The notes: generated by a model not told the origin, from the letters alone. Positions 46,995 through 58,169 are shown, counted from the stretch's first letter. The stretch: DNA of 64,000 nt from Candidatus Hydrogenedentota bacterium (GCA_963668025.2 CAXXTH010000023.1:288001-352000); one strand, 5' to 3'. Numbers and translations are program-made.

Positions 46995-49900
46995 ATGCGT
47001 ATGAATGTATTCGCAAGCCAGGCGGCCTGTATGGCGTGCCTCCTGGCTCTCTCCACGGCGGCGCTGGGCGCGGAAAATCCAGTGGCGTTCATCCTCTCCG
47101 ATCCGAATATTGCCGCACTCAAGGAGGACGCCGCCGCGTCTTCACCGGAGCGCCTCGGCAAGATGCTTTCGGAAAAAGGCATACAAACCCGCCTGATCAG
47201 TGTTCAGGAAATGGCCGATACCAATATCATGAACCGCAAGAACTGCGATGTGCTCATTCTTCCGTATGGCCCTAATTTTCCGTCAGCGGCCAGCCAGAGT
47301 TTCCAGGCTTTCGTGCGTACGGGCGGAAAATTCATTTCGATGGGCGGCTATACGTTCGCCAATCAAATCGGGCCGGATTACCAGCACGACCCAGACGCCA
47401 TGCCGCTGAGTTCGCGCGAAGGCGAAGCGGGGGATCACCTCAAGCTCGAGGCTTGGCAGTTTCCGATATTTGATTGGAGCTATTCCTTGGCGTTTGCATC
47501 CAATGGAGCCGCCGCGCCTGGCCAGTTTGCTTTCACGGGCAAGGCGGATTTTCCGGATGAATTATCGGGCTGGGCCGCCTGCGGGCTTGTCGCCGACAAC
47601 AAAGCCCGGTGGCAGCCCCTCGTGAATGCCTATGACCGGCACGGCCAATTGCGCGGCGCCATCGGCGCGGTGACCCGTGTCTTCCCGGACAACCATCGCT
47701 CGCCTCTGTTCACGCGGCGCGGGATGCATAATCCGGAAGGGTACGAGATGTATGAAATGACGAGCGACACGCTCAATGATATGCTGCAATGTTACAGCGG
47801 TTCGAGCTTCGCCTATTTTGGCGTGACCAACCGCGACCTGTTTGATGGCAGCATGCCTTTTATGGACGAAGGCCTGGCGAATCTGGTGCGGACGCTCGCG
47901 ACGGACACCTATCTCAAAGTACTGAAAACAGGCTTCACTTCGTATCACCAAGGCGAAGCGGCGGAACTGATCACCGCCGTCTGCAACGGCGGCAAGGCCC
48001 CTGCTAAGGGAACTGTCCTCTTTGAGATTCCATCCGTGGGATTCAAACAAGAATTGCCCTTTGAAGCCGCGCCTGGAAAAGCAGCCGAGGTAAAAGCTTC
48101 ATGGAAACCAGAACACTTCGACGCGGATTATTACGAATTTACCGCTACGTTGAAAAATGAAGCGGGCGAAACCATTGACCAGTTGAAGATGGCGTTCACG
48201 GTATGGAATCCCGATTACATCGCCACCGACGCGCCACTGGCATATGAGGAGAATTATTTCCAATTCAACGGGAAATCGGTCATGACCTTCGGCACCGATA
48301 TGGCCTGCCGCACTTTCTTGGGCGTCAACTACGAGAATCCGCTCCATTGGCGCACCGACGCGGAAAAACGGCGCGATTACGGTATCGAACTGTATGAAAT
48401 CCTCCAACAATCGGGCCGCAAGGAAGATCCGGAGAACCTGCGTCGCATCGAGTCGATCATTCAACTCTCGCGCAAATATGACCAAATCTACATGATGGGC
48501 CTGCTTATCGGGGCTAATTGCGCCGCCACAAAGGGCGAGCTGCAATACCAGGCCGATTGGATCCGGCGAGTAGCCGAGCGCTACACCTTCGCACCCAATG
48601 TGATCTATTACCTCAACGGGGATTTGCGGGTAGTCGTGACGGATGAAATGAAGCCCCAGTTCAATGAATTCCTCCAGGAACGCTACCACGGCGATATCGC
48701 CAAACTGCGCAAGGCCTGGGGGGCGCATGCGCCGAAAGAAGACTTCCCGAACATTCCTTCGGAAGACTATCCCGCTACGGGCGACAACACGTGGACGGAT
48801 GGCAAAGGCGCCGATATCAATCTGTTCCGCGCGTGGATGATCCGGCGGTGGACGCAAAACTTAATTGATGTGATACATGAAGTGGACAAGACAAAGCCCA
48901 TTATGTGCGAATTCTATGCGTGGCCGGCGGAATCGGTGGATATCCCGCTGGGCATGGGCAATCTCGATATCTCGAACTGTGGTTTCTTCGAGTCGTACCA
49001 GGATTTCACGAAATTCCTGTCCTATTCGGACCAGCGGTTTCGCAATAAATCGTTTGGCGTAGGTGAATTCGGCCGGCGCATCCATCCTGCCTTGTTGAAA
49101 ACCGATGGGGCATTTCACCGCGCCGTCGATAAACCCACCCAAACCAGCCATTACATGAATGTGTTCCATTATGCTTACGCCATGGGCATGAACCATATCA
49201 ACAATTGGTGCTGGAATGACTCTGACTGGATCTATTTTCCGTGGGGATACAACTTTCCGTCGGACTACGTGCCTCGTGATCTGCTCTATTGGAACCGTAA
49301 TTGCAGCCTCTTCTTCCGCCAGAGCGAGCCGAAATGGCGCGCGCCGGAAGTGGCCTTGCTGACTTGCGATAACAACCGCTTGTCCCCGGGCAAGTTTTTC
49401 GCCATGCACTATGGCGTGCTCCGAGGATTGGAAATTCTCTATGCAGCCCAACCTGGTGAAGTGTGTACGCTCAACGAGGTGGAGTTGTCCATCCCCGACG
49501 GCGTGAAACTCATCTACTACCCCATCCCTTATTTGCCTTCAGAAGACACATTGGACAAGCTGAGTGCGTTCGTGAAAAAGGGCGGCGCACTCTATATCTC
49601 CGGTGACATCTCGTATGATGAACTGACCCGCGACCGCATCCATACGAAACGGCTGGAAGACCTGTGTGGTGTGCGCTTCCTGAGCGAGAACTATCCAAAC
49701 GTGGCCATGGCCACTAACACCGTGGCGTATGTGTCCAAAGATGGCGTCAAACGCATGGGACGCCCGGGCATCCAAGTCGAGCCGCTTCCAAAAACAAACG
49801 TCCTCTATCAGACCGAAGATGGGAAGGCGGTCGTGGCCAGCTTCCCGCTGGGCAAAGGGAAGGTGGTCTTCTGTACGGACCCGCTCGAACTCCACGATGA

Positions 49901-50537
49901 CATGAGTGTGCCGGACAACGCGGCGTTTTATCGCGAAATCATGGCCCAAGCAGGCGTGAAGCCCATCGATGTGGCGCCATATAATCCCAAAGTCCACGCC
50001 ATGCGCCTACCCCTGGCCGATGGCGGCAGCTTCTATACATTCGTGAACCTGGACGACAAAGACATAACCCTCACGCTGAATGAAGGCCCCACGCCGGTCA
50101 CGCTGGCGGTCCAGAAACAGCGCCCCGCCGCCCTTTGGTTTGACGGCAAAGGACAGCTCCGGGGTGTCGAGGCGCAAGGCCAGGTGGCGGTGAACGGCGC
50201 GCCGCTGGTTGAAGATGGCGTGGGCGGCATCGTGTTCTCGGCAAACGAGAAGGGTGTGGGCGAGTCGGATGAATTGGTGCTGCTGCCCCTGCAAGCCGGA
50301 GAACTGGCGCTGCATACGAACGCGTTCGGCGATGCCATGCAAGCCGCCGCGGGCGAAGTGAAGGAGTCCAAATGGATGCATTATGAATCGCTTACGCCCG
50401 TGGCAGGTGAAGGCGCACAACGCATTGCCGTGGATGCCCTCAACGCGCAAAGTATTATTCTGATGTCGCGGCCAGACGGCATGAGTGCTTTGGAAGGGAA
50501 AGTGGCGAAGATGATGGCTGATCCATCATACCGGTAA
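46995..50537 (+). CDS. Large exported glycoside hydrolase-like protein (clan GH-A / GH42-like barrel with GATase-like domains)
   Basis: Signal peptide; FNEFLQERY.GDI.KL.KAWG (GH42-like), VGEFG nucleophile-like motif, WCWND, trimerisation-like L..FVKKGG.L and GKGKVV. Confidence 0.65.
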   Translation: MRMNVFASQAACMACLLALSTAALGAENPVAFILSDPNIAALKEDAAASSPERLGKMLSEKGIQTRLISVQEMADTNIMNRKNCDVLILPYGPNFPSAASQSFQAFVRTGGKFISMGGYTFANQIGPDYQHDPDAMPLSSREGEAGDHLKLEAWQFPIFDWSYSLAFASNGAAAPGQFAFTGKADFPDELSGWAACGLVADNKARWQPLVNAYDRHGQLRGAIGAVTRVFPDNHRSPLFTRRGMHNPEGYEMYEMTSDTLNDMLQCYSGSSFAYFGVTNRDLFDGSMPFMDEGLANLVRTLATDTYLKVLKTGFTSYHQGEAAELITAVCNGGKAPAKGTVLFEIPSVGFKQELPFEAAPGKAAEVKASWKPEHFDADYYEFTATLKNEAGETIDQLKMAFTVWNPDYIATDAPLAYEENYFQFNGKSVMTFGTDMACRTFLGVNYENPLHWRTDAEKRRDYGIELYEILQQSGRKEDPENLRRIESIIQLSRKYDQIYMMGLLIGANCAATKGELQYQADWIRRVAERYTFAPNVIYYLNGDLRVVVTDEMKPQFNEFLQERYHGDIAKLRKAWGAHAPKEDFPNIPSEDYPATGDNTWTDGKGADINLFRAWMIRRWTQNLIDVIHEVDKTKPIMCEFYAWPAESVDIPLGMGNLDISNCGFFESYQDFTKFLSYSDQRFRNKSFGVGEFGRRIHPALLKTDGAFHRAVDKPTQTSHYMNVFHYAYAMGMNHINNWCWNDSDWIYFPWGYNFPSDYVPRDLLYWNRNCSLFFRQSEPKWRAPEVALLTCDNNRLSPGKFFAMHYGVLRGLEILYAAQPGEVCTLNEVELSIPDGVKLIYYPIPYLPSEDTLDKLSAFVKKGGALYISGDISYDELTRDRIHTKRLEDLCGVRFLSENYPNVAMATNTVAYVSKDGVKRMGRPGIQVEPLPKTNVLYQTEDGKAVVASFPLGKGKVVFCTDPLELHDDMSVPDNAAFYREIMAQAGVKPIDVAPYNPKVHAMRLPLADGGSFYTFVNLDDKDITLTLNEGPTPVTLAVQKQRPAALWFDGKGQLRGVEAQGQVAVNGAPLVEDGVGGIVFSANEKGVGESDELVLLPLQAGELALHTNAFGDAMQAAAGEVKESKWMHYESLTPVAGEGAQRIAVDALNAQSIILMSRPDGMSALEGKVAKMMADPSYR

Positions 50538-50556
50538 GCCGCGGAAGTGTGATATT

Positions 50557-50587
50557 GGGGAGAAGGTTCGCCTTCTCCCCTTTTTTA
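50557..50587 (+). terminator. Intrinsic terminator
   Basis: GGGGAGAAGG-TTCG-CCTTCTCCCC followed by T7. Confidence 0.92.
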
Positions 50588-51216
50588 TGGTTGCTGCTAT
50601 TGGGAAAGAAGGCGCGCCATCCTTGTTCAAATATTTCACGCGAAGTCGCAAAGCCGCAAAGAATGCAACCGTTTAAAGCGCGACATACCTGCAATAAAAA
50701 ACCTTCTTGTTTTTTTGCAGAAGCTGGAGTAACACACGACGCGCTCTTCCCGCTTTCCGCGCCTGGCGAATACGGACGTGTGAGTAGAAAGCGCTTGAGC
50801 TTAATCGCCCGCTAAAGTATACTGAGTATACTTTTTGGGCTGGGCTTTGGGCATGCAGAAATTCGCAAGGATCGGGAGGCATTTGGCGCTTTTTGTTTCG
50901 TTTTAAGAAATAAGGAGGTTTGAATGGCATTGATTTGTTGGTATATATAATTTATATATAATGCTGTGCGGCGATGGTTTTTTATATTGCATCCGCGTAG
51001 TGCCAGCTCCAAGATCGAGCCCATAAAGAGCTCTCGTAAAACGTTCTTGATGATTTCTATAAGCCAAGTCTTCACACGATTATTTGATTGATCCTAACAA
51101 AGCGATTTTCAGAGGAAAAGAAATGGAGTCACGCCGGAACAAATAAAAGGCTGGAGTGCAAAAGAGGCGGCATACGCCCTGCATTTGGCGCAAATGCGAA
51201 CCCTGGAGGAAATGAT

Positions 51217-53556
51217 ATGAGGTTAAGAGACTATGCAGGCAATGTGCTTGGACAAAAAACACGTATTCTATTTTGTGGAGTCATGCTGATGTGCGCTGTA
51301 TCATTTCGTGCGGATGCCGAGGCTGGGAAGCCCGCGATGGACATCTATGCAAAATATCAATTGAAACCGCTCGATTATGATGCGGTGAAGCTGCATGGGG
51401 ATTTACAAAGGCAGTTTGCAGAGGTTTGCGAATTCTATTACAACCTATCGAATGACAACTTGCTCAAGCCTTTCCGGGAGCGGGCGGGGCTTCCGGCTCC
51501 GGGCAACGATATGGGCGGGGTGTATATCGAGCATGGGCCTTTTGGGCAATTTCTGTCCGGTTATGCGCGGATATACGCCGCCACCAAGGACGAAAAATAC
51601 AAAGAAAAGGCCGTCTATTTGATGGAGGAGTGGGCGAAAACCATCGATCCTAAAGATGGCTTCTTTTTCCCTTCGAGGACGAGCAAAGGCATCCTGTATC
51701 CCTATCAATACGAAAAAATTCTGGGCGGCCTCCTGGACATTTATTATTTCTGTGGAGAGCCGAATGCCCTCAAATACATCGAAAAGATCACGGCATGGGA
51801 AGACAAAAACATCGAGAAAAGCCGGGATCCCCGCGCCTTTATTGGTTTTCTTGGGGAGTGGTATACCCAGAGCGAAAATCTGTACCGGGCCTATCTGTAT
51901 ACCGGCAATGAGTTCTACAAAAAATTCGCCGAAGTATGGGAATACAGTGATTTCTGGGATGAGATCCAGGGTGGCGATTACGAAGCCATGTATAAAAAGG
52001 GCAATCATCATGCGTATAGCCATGTGAACTCGTTCAATGGGCTCGCGGGGGCCTATATGGCAAAAGGGGAAACAAAATACCTGGATACGTTGAAGAAAGC
52101 CTACGATTTCCTGCAACAGGAACAGTGTTATGCGACCGGCGGTTATGGCCCCATCGAAAATCTTCCGCCGCGCAAGGAGCTGGCGCGCTGCCTCGAAACG
52201 ACCGCCAACCATTTTGAGACGCAGTGCGGCTCCTGGGCGGGTTTCAAGATTACTAAATATCTAGTTGGATTCACTGGCGACGCCCGATATGCCGATTGGA
52301 CGGAAAAACTCATGCTCAATGGCATAGGCGCTTCCATTCCGATGACGAAGCAGGGAAATGTATTCTATTATTCGGCGTATGGAACGCATGGCGCGGTGAA
52401 GAAGAACATCGAAGGCACATGGCCCTGCTGTTCAGGCACCCGTGTGGAAGCCGTGCCGGATTACCATAATCTCCTCTATTTCTTTGATGATACGGGCATC
52501 TACATCACCCAGTATTTTGCGTCCGAGGGTGCATTCCAGATAGGCGGCAACGCGGTGCAACTCGTTCAAGAGACGCGGTTCCCGGAAGAAGACACGACGC
52601 GCCTGACGCTTAAGACCGGCAAGCCTTCTACATTTAATATCAAGTTTAGGATACCCAGTTGGCTGGCGTCTAAGGCCGTCGTGAAGGTGAACGGCAAAAA
52701 ATACGTGTATACAGAGAAGAATAACTGGGGTGTGGTCTCACGCGAATGGAAGGATGGGGATGTAATAACGCTCGAGCTGCCGATGGAGTTCTCCATTTCA
52801 AGTCTATATAAGGACAGCGAATATCCAGCGGCGATTATGTATGGGCCAGTGACTATGGCGGTGCAAGCGCTGGCGAATGGTGAAAACCCAGCGGACCTTA
52901 TTGACTTGAAACATATTTCCAAAGATTTTGTTCCTTCGGAGACTGGGCCATTGACTTGGAAGATGAAGGACAATGAATCTGTAGTGCTCAAGCCGTTCTA
53001 CACCTATAAAGAAGGGGAAAAGTATTTCCTCTATTTGGATAAAAACACCCGCCGCATCATCCCTGTCCCAGATGACGCCAAAGAGATCTCCGCTACGCTT
53101 ACTAATCCCCAGCAGGACGCGGGATTGTTGTTTTACGAATCCCACCGCGATTCCGAGAGTGATCCGGTGGTGAAAGAAGGACGCGAGGGCTGGATGGGCA
53201 CGCAGTTGTATGGCGAGAAGAGCAATGTGATGTACTTCCTGGTGGAATGCCCGGGATTCAAGAACGGCAATGCGCCGAATGTCACGTTCCATGTGGAGTA
53301 TTTTGATGAAGGCACAGGGTCTATACGGATTGTATATGATTCCAGTGATGAATCCGTGAAAGTGTCGGAGACCGAGCCTGGGGCGTGGAAAGAGGCGGGC
53401 GTCTTTCCCCTCGCCAATACGAAGACTTGGAAGGCCTATGAATGCGCCGTGCCGGATGCGAAGTTTTCCGCCCGGTGCAATGGCGGCGATTTCCGGTTTG
53501 AGATGAACAGTGAAAACGGCAAACCGGCCATCGGAATGGTGAAATTGACGCGATAG
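51217..53556 (+). CDS. GH127/GH146 beta-L-arabinofuranosidase-family protein
   Basis: RBS GGAGG; LL.PFR.RAGL, GQFLSG.A, HAYSH, YATGG, ETQC, WPCCSGT, RIPSW, YGP. Confidence 0.85.
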   Translation: MRLRDYAGNVLGQKTRILFCGVMLMCAVSFRADAEAGKPAMDIYAKYQLKPLDYDAVKLHGDLQRQFAEVCEFYYNLSNDNLLKPFRERAGLPAPGNDMGGVYIEHGPFGQFLSGYARIYAATKDEKYKEKAVYLMEEWAKTIDPKDGFFFPSRTSKGILYPYQYEKILGGLLDIYYFCGEPNALKYIEKITAWEDKNIEKSRDPRAFIGFLGEWYTQSENLYRAYLYTGNEFYKKFAEVWEYSDFWDEIQGGDYEAMYKKGNHHAYSHVNSFNGLAGAYMAKGETKYLDTLKKAYDFLQQEQCYATGGYGPIENLPPRKELARCLETTANHFETQCGSWAGFKITKYLVGFTGDARYADWTEKLMLNGIGASIPMTKQGNVFYYSAYGTHGAVKKNIEGTWPCCSGTRVEAVPDYHNLLYFFDDTGIYITQYFASEGAFQIGGNAVQLVQETRFPEEDTTRLTLKTGKPSTFNIKFRIPSWLASKAVVKVNGKKYVYTEKNNWGVVSREWKDGDVITLELPMEFSISSLYKDSEYPAAIMYGPVTMAVQALANGENPADLIDLKHISKDFVPSETGPLTWKMKDNESVVLKPFYTYKEGEKYFLYLDKNTRRIIPVPDDAKEISATLTNPQQDAGLLFYESHRDSESDPVVKEGREGWMGTQLYGEKSNVMYFLVECPGFKNGNAPNVTFHVEYFDEGTGSIRIVYDSSDESVKVSETEPGAWKEAGVFPLANTKTWKAYECAVPDAKFSARCNGGDFRFEMNSENGKPAIGMVKLTR

Positions 53557-53589
53557 CTGTTACATCAAGAAATGCTTGGTCGGTTGAAT

Positions 53590-53612
53590 GGCCCCTTTCG
53601 AGGGGCCTTTTT
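53590..53612 (+). terminator. Intrinsic terminator
   Basis: GGCCCCT-TTCG-AGGGGCC followed by T5. Confidence 0.85.
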
Positions 53613-53743
53613 GCACATGAGTCATTTCAGACTTCCTGATCCAGGCGGTATATTTGTCTGATTATGGGGAAATGGGGATGGCGCTTTTTTGATTATGGCC
53701 TGGGTGGCATGGCAGCCTTCTTGGAGTCGAACCGCCTTGAAGG

Positions 53744-53990
53744 ATGAATCCAGAGGACAGGGCCTGCATCGAAGACGTGGGCTATCTAGTGCGGTTCCAA
53801 TACCTGTTTCGCGAACTCGCCAAGGCGAAACCGGACGCACCCATACTTGACCGCGCTATCGAGACAACCGAGGGCATCAAAACACTCGTCCCGGACCTCG
53901 CCACATTTCCACGTAACCAAACTGCTCGAAGCTAAACGGGATGAGATCGCTAAGACGATTGTCGAGATGCGGAAAATCTTGGGAAAGTGA
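53744..53990 (+). pseudogene. Probable 3' remnant of a larger gene (frameshifted)
   Basis: Protein-like 63-aa ORF continuing in another frame (LLEAKRDEIAKTIVEMRKILGK*), followed by a hairpin at 54024-54053. Confidence 0.3.
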
Positions 53991-54110
53991 ATAAGAGTGG
54001 AATTCATCGTTCTTGTAAAGGATGTGGGGGAGAACTTTTCAGGTCTCCCCCACTCTTTATTCAACGTGGAGAACCGGGCGAACCATCCGGACTGCAGAAA
54101 TCATCCGGGA

Positions 54111-55322
54111 CTAATTTGTTGCCGTCGTAAAGAAAAAAATATAATTTGCACGACCACCATACAAATATTTTGGACCATCAAGAGTATCCACACAATTTCC
54201 CGAACTGGGTACAGTTACAATTACTGAAGTTCCCATAGGTGCGGAATAACCTAGTTTAATACCTGAATGGCTTCCGATAGTTGGGTTGTCCCAATGAGGA
54301 TTAGGCTGATCATAGGCCGAGAAATAATCCGCAGGCATGGTGGCGTTAGTGAGACTCACATGGCCAGACGCAGATGAATTTTGAACCGAATCATGCAAGG
54401 ACTCACTAAAAAGTATCGTCACCTCTCCTTTTACGGATGGCGGATTGGTACTATAATCGATCGCACCTTGTTGAGTGGCTTGATGTGCGGGAGCAGTATC
54501 CATCACGTAAGGGAACAACGAAACGCCAGGCATTATCTGGGTTGTTAACTGCACAATCGGACTTGTTTGATCATTATATACGGAATGAACCGTATGGGCA
54601 TAAAAATCCGGTAACGCACCACCTCCAGGATAAGATCCATAAACCAAACCCTGCATCAACGGACTAAAATCCTGTGTAACTTGCTGGAGATTTACCGTCG
54701 TGGTATAATAGAAACTTGCTGCACTCATAAAATTCTCAATACCACTTCCATTATCACTAGACGTGGCTACAAACGAAATGCTATGGTAAGTATCTACTTT
54801 TGGAGTATCCCACAAAAACGTATTTGACCAACGTCTCGCTAAAGGTTGCATGGCGACAATTTCATAGACATAGCCTTGCCTACTAGTTAGCTGTGTCGTT
54901 CTCGCATAAAGGCCGAAACACCATTGGCCATTAAGAAGATAATAATATTTCTTATTGTTCTGGCTTTGGTCCATGTAGAAAGCGAGTTTAGCATCTCGCT
55001 CCGCTTGGTAGGCAGAATCATAGACTTCGGCAACCACATCTCCGCCGGCATGTGCCGTATACGATACAACACCTGCTCCGTCTATAAGATCAGCTCGCAG
55101 GGTGGCAGCGGTGCAAAGTCCCGGATTCCCGTCCATAAACAGATTAATTCTTGGCACGGTAAAATATCCGCAAATACCTGGCAAATCCGAAGAAAATGCC
55201 CCTATATCAAAAGCGTGAGGCCCCCATATGAGATGATGGTTGGATTCAGGTACGACCGCACGTGCTGTCGTGGAAATCACCAACGAAAAAATAAGCGATG
55301 AAATGACTTTATACATTTTCAT
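54111..55322 (-). CDS. Secreted hypothetical protein (AT-richer codon usage)
   Basis: 403-aa ORF; signal peptide ending ARA; RBS AGAGGGG. Confidence 0.75.
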   Translation of the reverse strand: MKMYKVISSLIFSLVISTTARAVVPESNHHLIWGPHAFDIGAFSSDLPGICGYFTVPRINLFMDGNPGLCTAATLRADLIDGAGVVSYTAHAGGDVVAEVYDSAYQAERDAKLAFYMDQSQNNKKYYYLLNGQWCFGLYARTTQLTSRQGYVYEIVAMQPLARRWSNTFLWDTPKVDTYHSISFVATSSDNGSGIENFMSAASFYYTTTVNLQQVTQDFSPLMQGLVYGSYPGGGALPDFYAHTVHSVYNDQTSPIVQLTTQIMPGVSLFPYVMDTAPAHQATQQGAIDYSTNPPSVKGEVTILFSESLHDSVQNSSASGHVSLTNATMPADYFSAYDQPNPHWDNPTIGSHSGIKLGYSAPMGTSVIVTVPSSGNCVDTLDGPKYLYGGRANYIFFFTTATN

Positions 55323-55401
55323 TGCATTTCCCCTCTTTTTCTATTATATGAAATAGCCATCTAATCTTATTAACAACACCGGTTACATACAACGCAAATA
55401 A

Positions 55402-56658
55402 TCAATATGTTATAGGCATGGCATTCGTTACCTGGTTTTCCCGTTCCGTGATCAGCTCCCGTAACCTATCGAGAAAAGCGCTTGAACCTCCTTTTCGCAG
55501 GCTTAGGGCCATGTTACGAGCAGTAACACGACTCGAATCCCCCATAACTTCCGCTATAAGGCATTCCGTTTGAAGAAGAGACAACTGCTGTCCTTCAACA
55601 AGCACCTCGAGAAGCTCGTTCAGGGTATCAGAAGAACTAATACCACGATCATCATGCTTATCGAAAATCACCAATCCTGGCATTTCCAACAAGCTCTGAT
55701 GCATCTCCAGGTATTGCTGCGCGGTTTCCTCTATGGGGACAGAAGTCATCCCAGTCGTATGCTTACGTGTCTGCGGATCAAATCCAGTAATGATCACAGT
55801 CGTCTGCCAAGGAGCATTATCCCACTTGATGAAAAACTGGCCAGGAAACAGAGAACCTTCTTCTCTCTCTTCAATGATTGTGACCTTTTGTTGCGTGGCA
55901 AGAAAATCGCGAATTTTTCCCCGCGTCGCGTCGGGGCCATACTGGGCCACGAATTGTGGCACCAGTACAAAGGTCACATATTCCTGTAAGCTTTCACAAT
56001 CATCAAATTGACCGGATTCCGGCAAAACCGGTAACGGCTTTTGTTTCGTTATTACTTTGTTGCTGCCTGATGCCAGCAGCAATCCATTTACAAATAAACT
56101 TACCGTGTCATTTAGCACTTTAGTCTCAAATTTGTACGGCCCTGGGACATATTGGCCGTTGTAGACGAAAATGCCGGAATCAATCGTTCCCGGAGTTCCC
56201 TTGGCCGGCGTCACCGGCTGGATGGGGGTGTATGAATCCAGTATCTGCTGTTCCATCAGCGCCGGATTGTATTTACTTTGAGGATCCGCCTTGATCCGCC
56301 ATGTTCTGCCCTCGTCCTCGTCTATGATGGTAAGGGCGGGAAAAGCCAGAAGCTGAGAAGAAAGATCGTCGGCGTCTCTGAACGCACCGCGAGCGGTGAT
56401 GGACCCATACGCATGAACGTCGCAATCGTATACGACCGTTCGCCCGGTCTTTCTTGCGATTTCATCGATGATGTCCTTGATGGGAACGCATCGGGCTTCG
56501 ACGCTGAACGTTCCGTCTTCCCCCACGTCAACCTTCAGGTGGCCGATGGGGAAAGAGGGAACACTCGAGGCCAGGGCCGCTCCACAGGTCATTACGATGG
56601 AAAGGCATGCGAAGAACACAAACATTTTTTTCACTAGAAAACGATTATACCCTTTCAT
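55402..56658 (-). CDS. Secreted hypothetical protein, divergent fourth paralog of the 35-40 kb array
   Basis: Shares PIGHLKV.VG.DG, VEARCVP.KDII.EIA.KTG.TVVYDCD, YNG.YVPGPYK, LP.SGQF and QTECLI.EV; RBS GAGGAGGAGG. Confidence 0.85.
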   Translation of the reverse strand: MKGYNRFLVKKMFVFFACLSIVMTCGAALASSVPSFPIGHLKVDVGEDGTFSVEARCVPIKDIIDEIARKTGRTVVYDCDVHAYGSITARGAFRDADDLSSQLLAFPALTIIDEDEGRTWRIKADPQSKYNPALMEQQILDSYTPIQPVTPAKGTPGTIDSGIFVYNGQYVPGPYKFETKVLNDTVSLFVNGLLLASGSNKVITKQKPLPVLPESGQFDDCESLQEYVTFVLVPQFVAQYGPDATRGKIRDFLATQQKVTIIEEREEGSLFPGQFFIKWDNAPWQTTVIITGFDPQTRKHTTGMTSVPIEETAQQYLEMHQSLLEMPGLVIFDKHDDRGISSSDTLNELLEVLVEGQQLSLLQTECLIAEVMGDSSRVTARNMALSLRKGGSSAFLDRLRELITERENQVTNAMPITY

Positions 56659-57377
56659 GACGCCTCCTCCTCTCAGGATGTGAAACAACATATATGTATG
56701 TACCACAATGTTTGTGTTTTGTCAAATATGTCACCTAACATGGAATTTCGACACCCAGAAACAGATGCCCGGATGGTCTATACTCTCACGTAAACGCAAA
56801 ATAAAAAAGTGCCTTCCCCAGTTCCGCCGGGAGCAGGAACTCTGAACTTAACGCAGCGTAGCCGCAACCAAAGATCTAGATTTAACCACGAAATACACTA
56901 AATACACTAAAATCTATAGCGTTTGGTGAGGCGAGTATATCTTATAGATAGTTTTTACAGCTCCCTTGGCATGGGCGTCTCGCCCATGCGAGAAAGGAGA
57001 AAACGCATACAACTCGCCTATACAACGGCATATAAAAAAAGCATATCTCGGAACATTGGATATGATTTGAGTTCAATGCAGAATCTTCGCAAGAAAACAG
57101 TATTCTTCCCGATAGTAGTACGAAGATTTATCACAGATGGTGCGGATGATACCGATGAAAAATCAGACTGATTTCGTTTTTCTTCGTGCCCTTCGTAGGA
57201 GAATATGGTCTCTAACCAGTTGGTGTATAGTAATTTACACAAAAATCCATACAAGGAATCAAGATTTCAGCAAATAGTAGCATATAGGGCATTAACAGGC
57301 TCCATCATCCATGGTTGCACTGGATTGACTGGAATTGACGGGTTGATGAACCGGGTTGAAACATCTATGATGAAGGC

Positions 57378-57569
57378 ATGGACAAAAAGAAAATATCTGT
57401 ATTTCGAATGTCAGGCCTGCGCGACGATGGTTTTGTTCCAGGCACGTCGGCGGAGCGTATCGGTCTTGTCTGGCCGCTGACACGTGAAGCCGTCTCCTTA
57501 AGCGGGAAATATGATGCTGAACGCAGACTACAAAGACATGTTACGCGCCTTATCCGCCGAAAAGGTTGA
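57378..57569 (+). CDS. Small protein overlapping the nucleotidyltransferase gene (putative TA-like partner)
   Basis: 63 aa, ERI..VW.LT......G......RLQR pattern; overlaps the next gene. Confidence 0.55.
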   Translation: MDKKKISVFRMSGLRDDGFVPGTSAERIGLVWPLTREAVSLSGKYDAERRLQRHVTRLIRRKG

Positions 57570-57690
57570 TTTCCTTCTTGTCGGCGCATATGCAATGGCG
57601 GCTCATGGCTATCCGCGGACTACTATGGATATCGATATTTGGATTACGCCAACTCCCCGCAACGCGGAGGTTGTTCTTCGCGAATGGGAA
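57511..57690 (+). pseudogene. Truncated nucleotidyltransferase (DUF6036-like)
   Basis: LLVGAYAMAAHGYPRTTMDIDIWI motif; similarity is lost after about 55 codons where AT-rich unrelated sequence begins. Confidence 0.7.
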
Positions 57691-57959
57691 GGTGGCGATT
57701 CTATAATAGAATTAGGTGTCAATAAGAGTGATGTGTGCGGACTACGTCCTATTTGGATTTGGGCCATAGTGAAGTGCTTGATGACGACCAATTGCAGTGT
57801 TTGTTGCGTGATAAGTGGAAAGAGAATAGGAACTGCCAATGAGCTATCGCTTATCACTAATCAATATATATACTATTAGTCGATTTATTCTTTCCAATTC
57901 TGTAGAAAAGAGAGCTACTCCGGAATGATGTGATAGAGGAACGGACGGAGGCAGAGACC

Positions 57960-58169
57960 ATGCGATATGAGTTTAGCGTTGTCGTAGAACGGGATGAGGA
58001 TGGCTATTTTATAGCGTCGGTTCCAGCGCTCCGTGGCTGCCATACACAAGCCAAGTCGCTCGATATCTTGATGAAACGAGTCCAGGAGGCGATAGAGCTT
58101 TGCCTGGAAGCCGAGACTCCTGTTGCTAATGAATTCATTGGGATCCAGCGTGTGGCGGTAAACACATGA
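57960..58169 (+). CDS. hicB: HicB-like antitoxin
   Basis: VVERDEDGYFIASVPALRGCHTQA......RVQEAIELCLE. Confidence 0.9.
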   Translation: MRYEFSVVVERDEDGYFIASVPALRGCHTQAKSLDILMKRVQEAIELCLEAETPVANEFIGIQRVAVNT

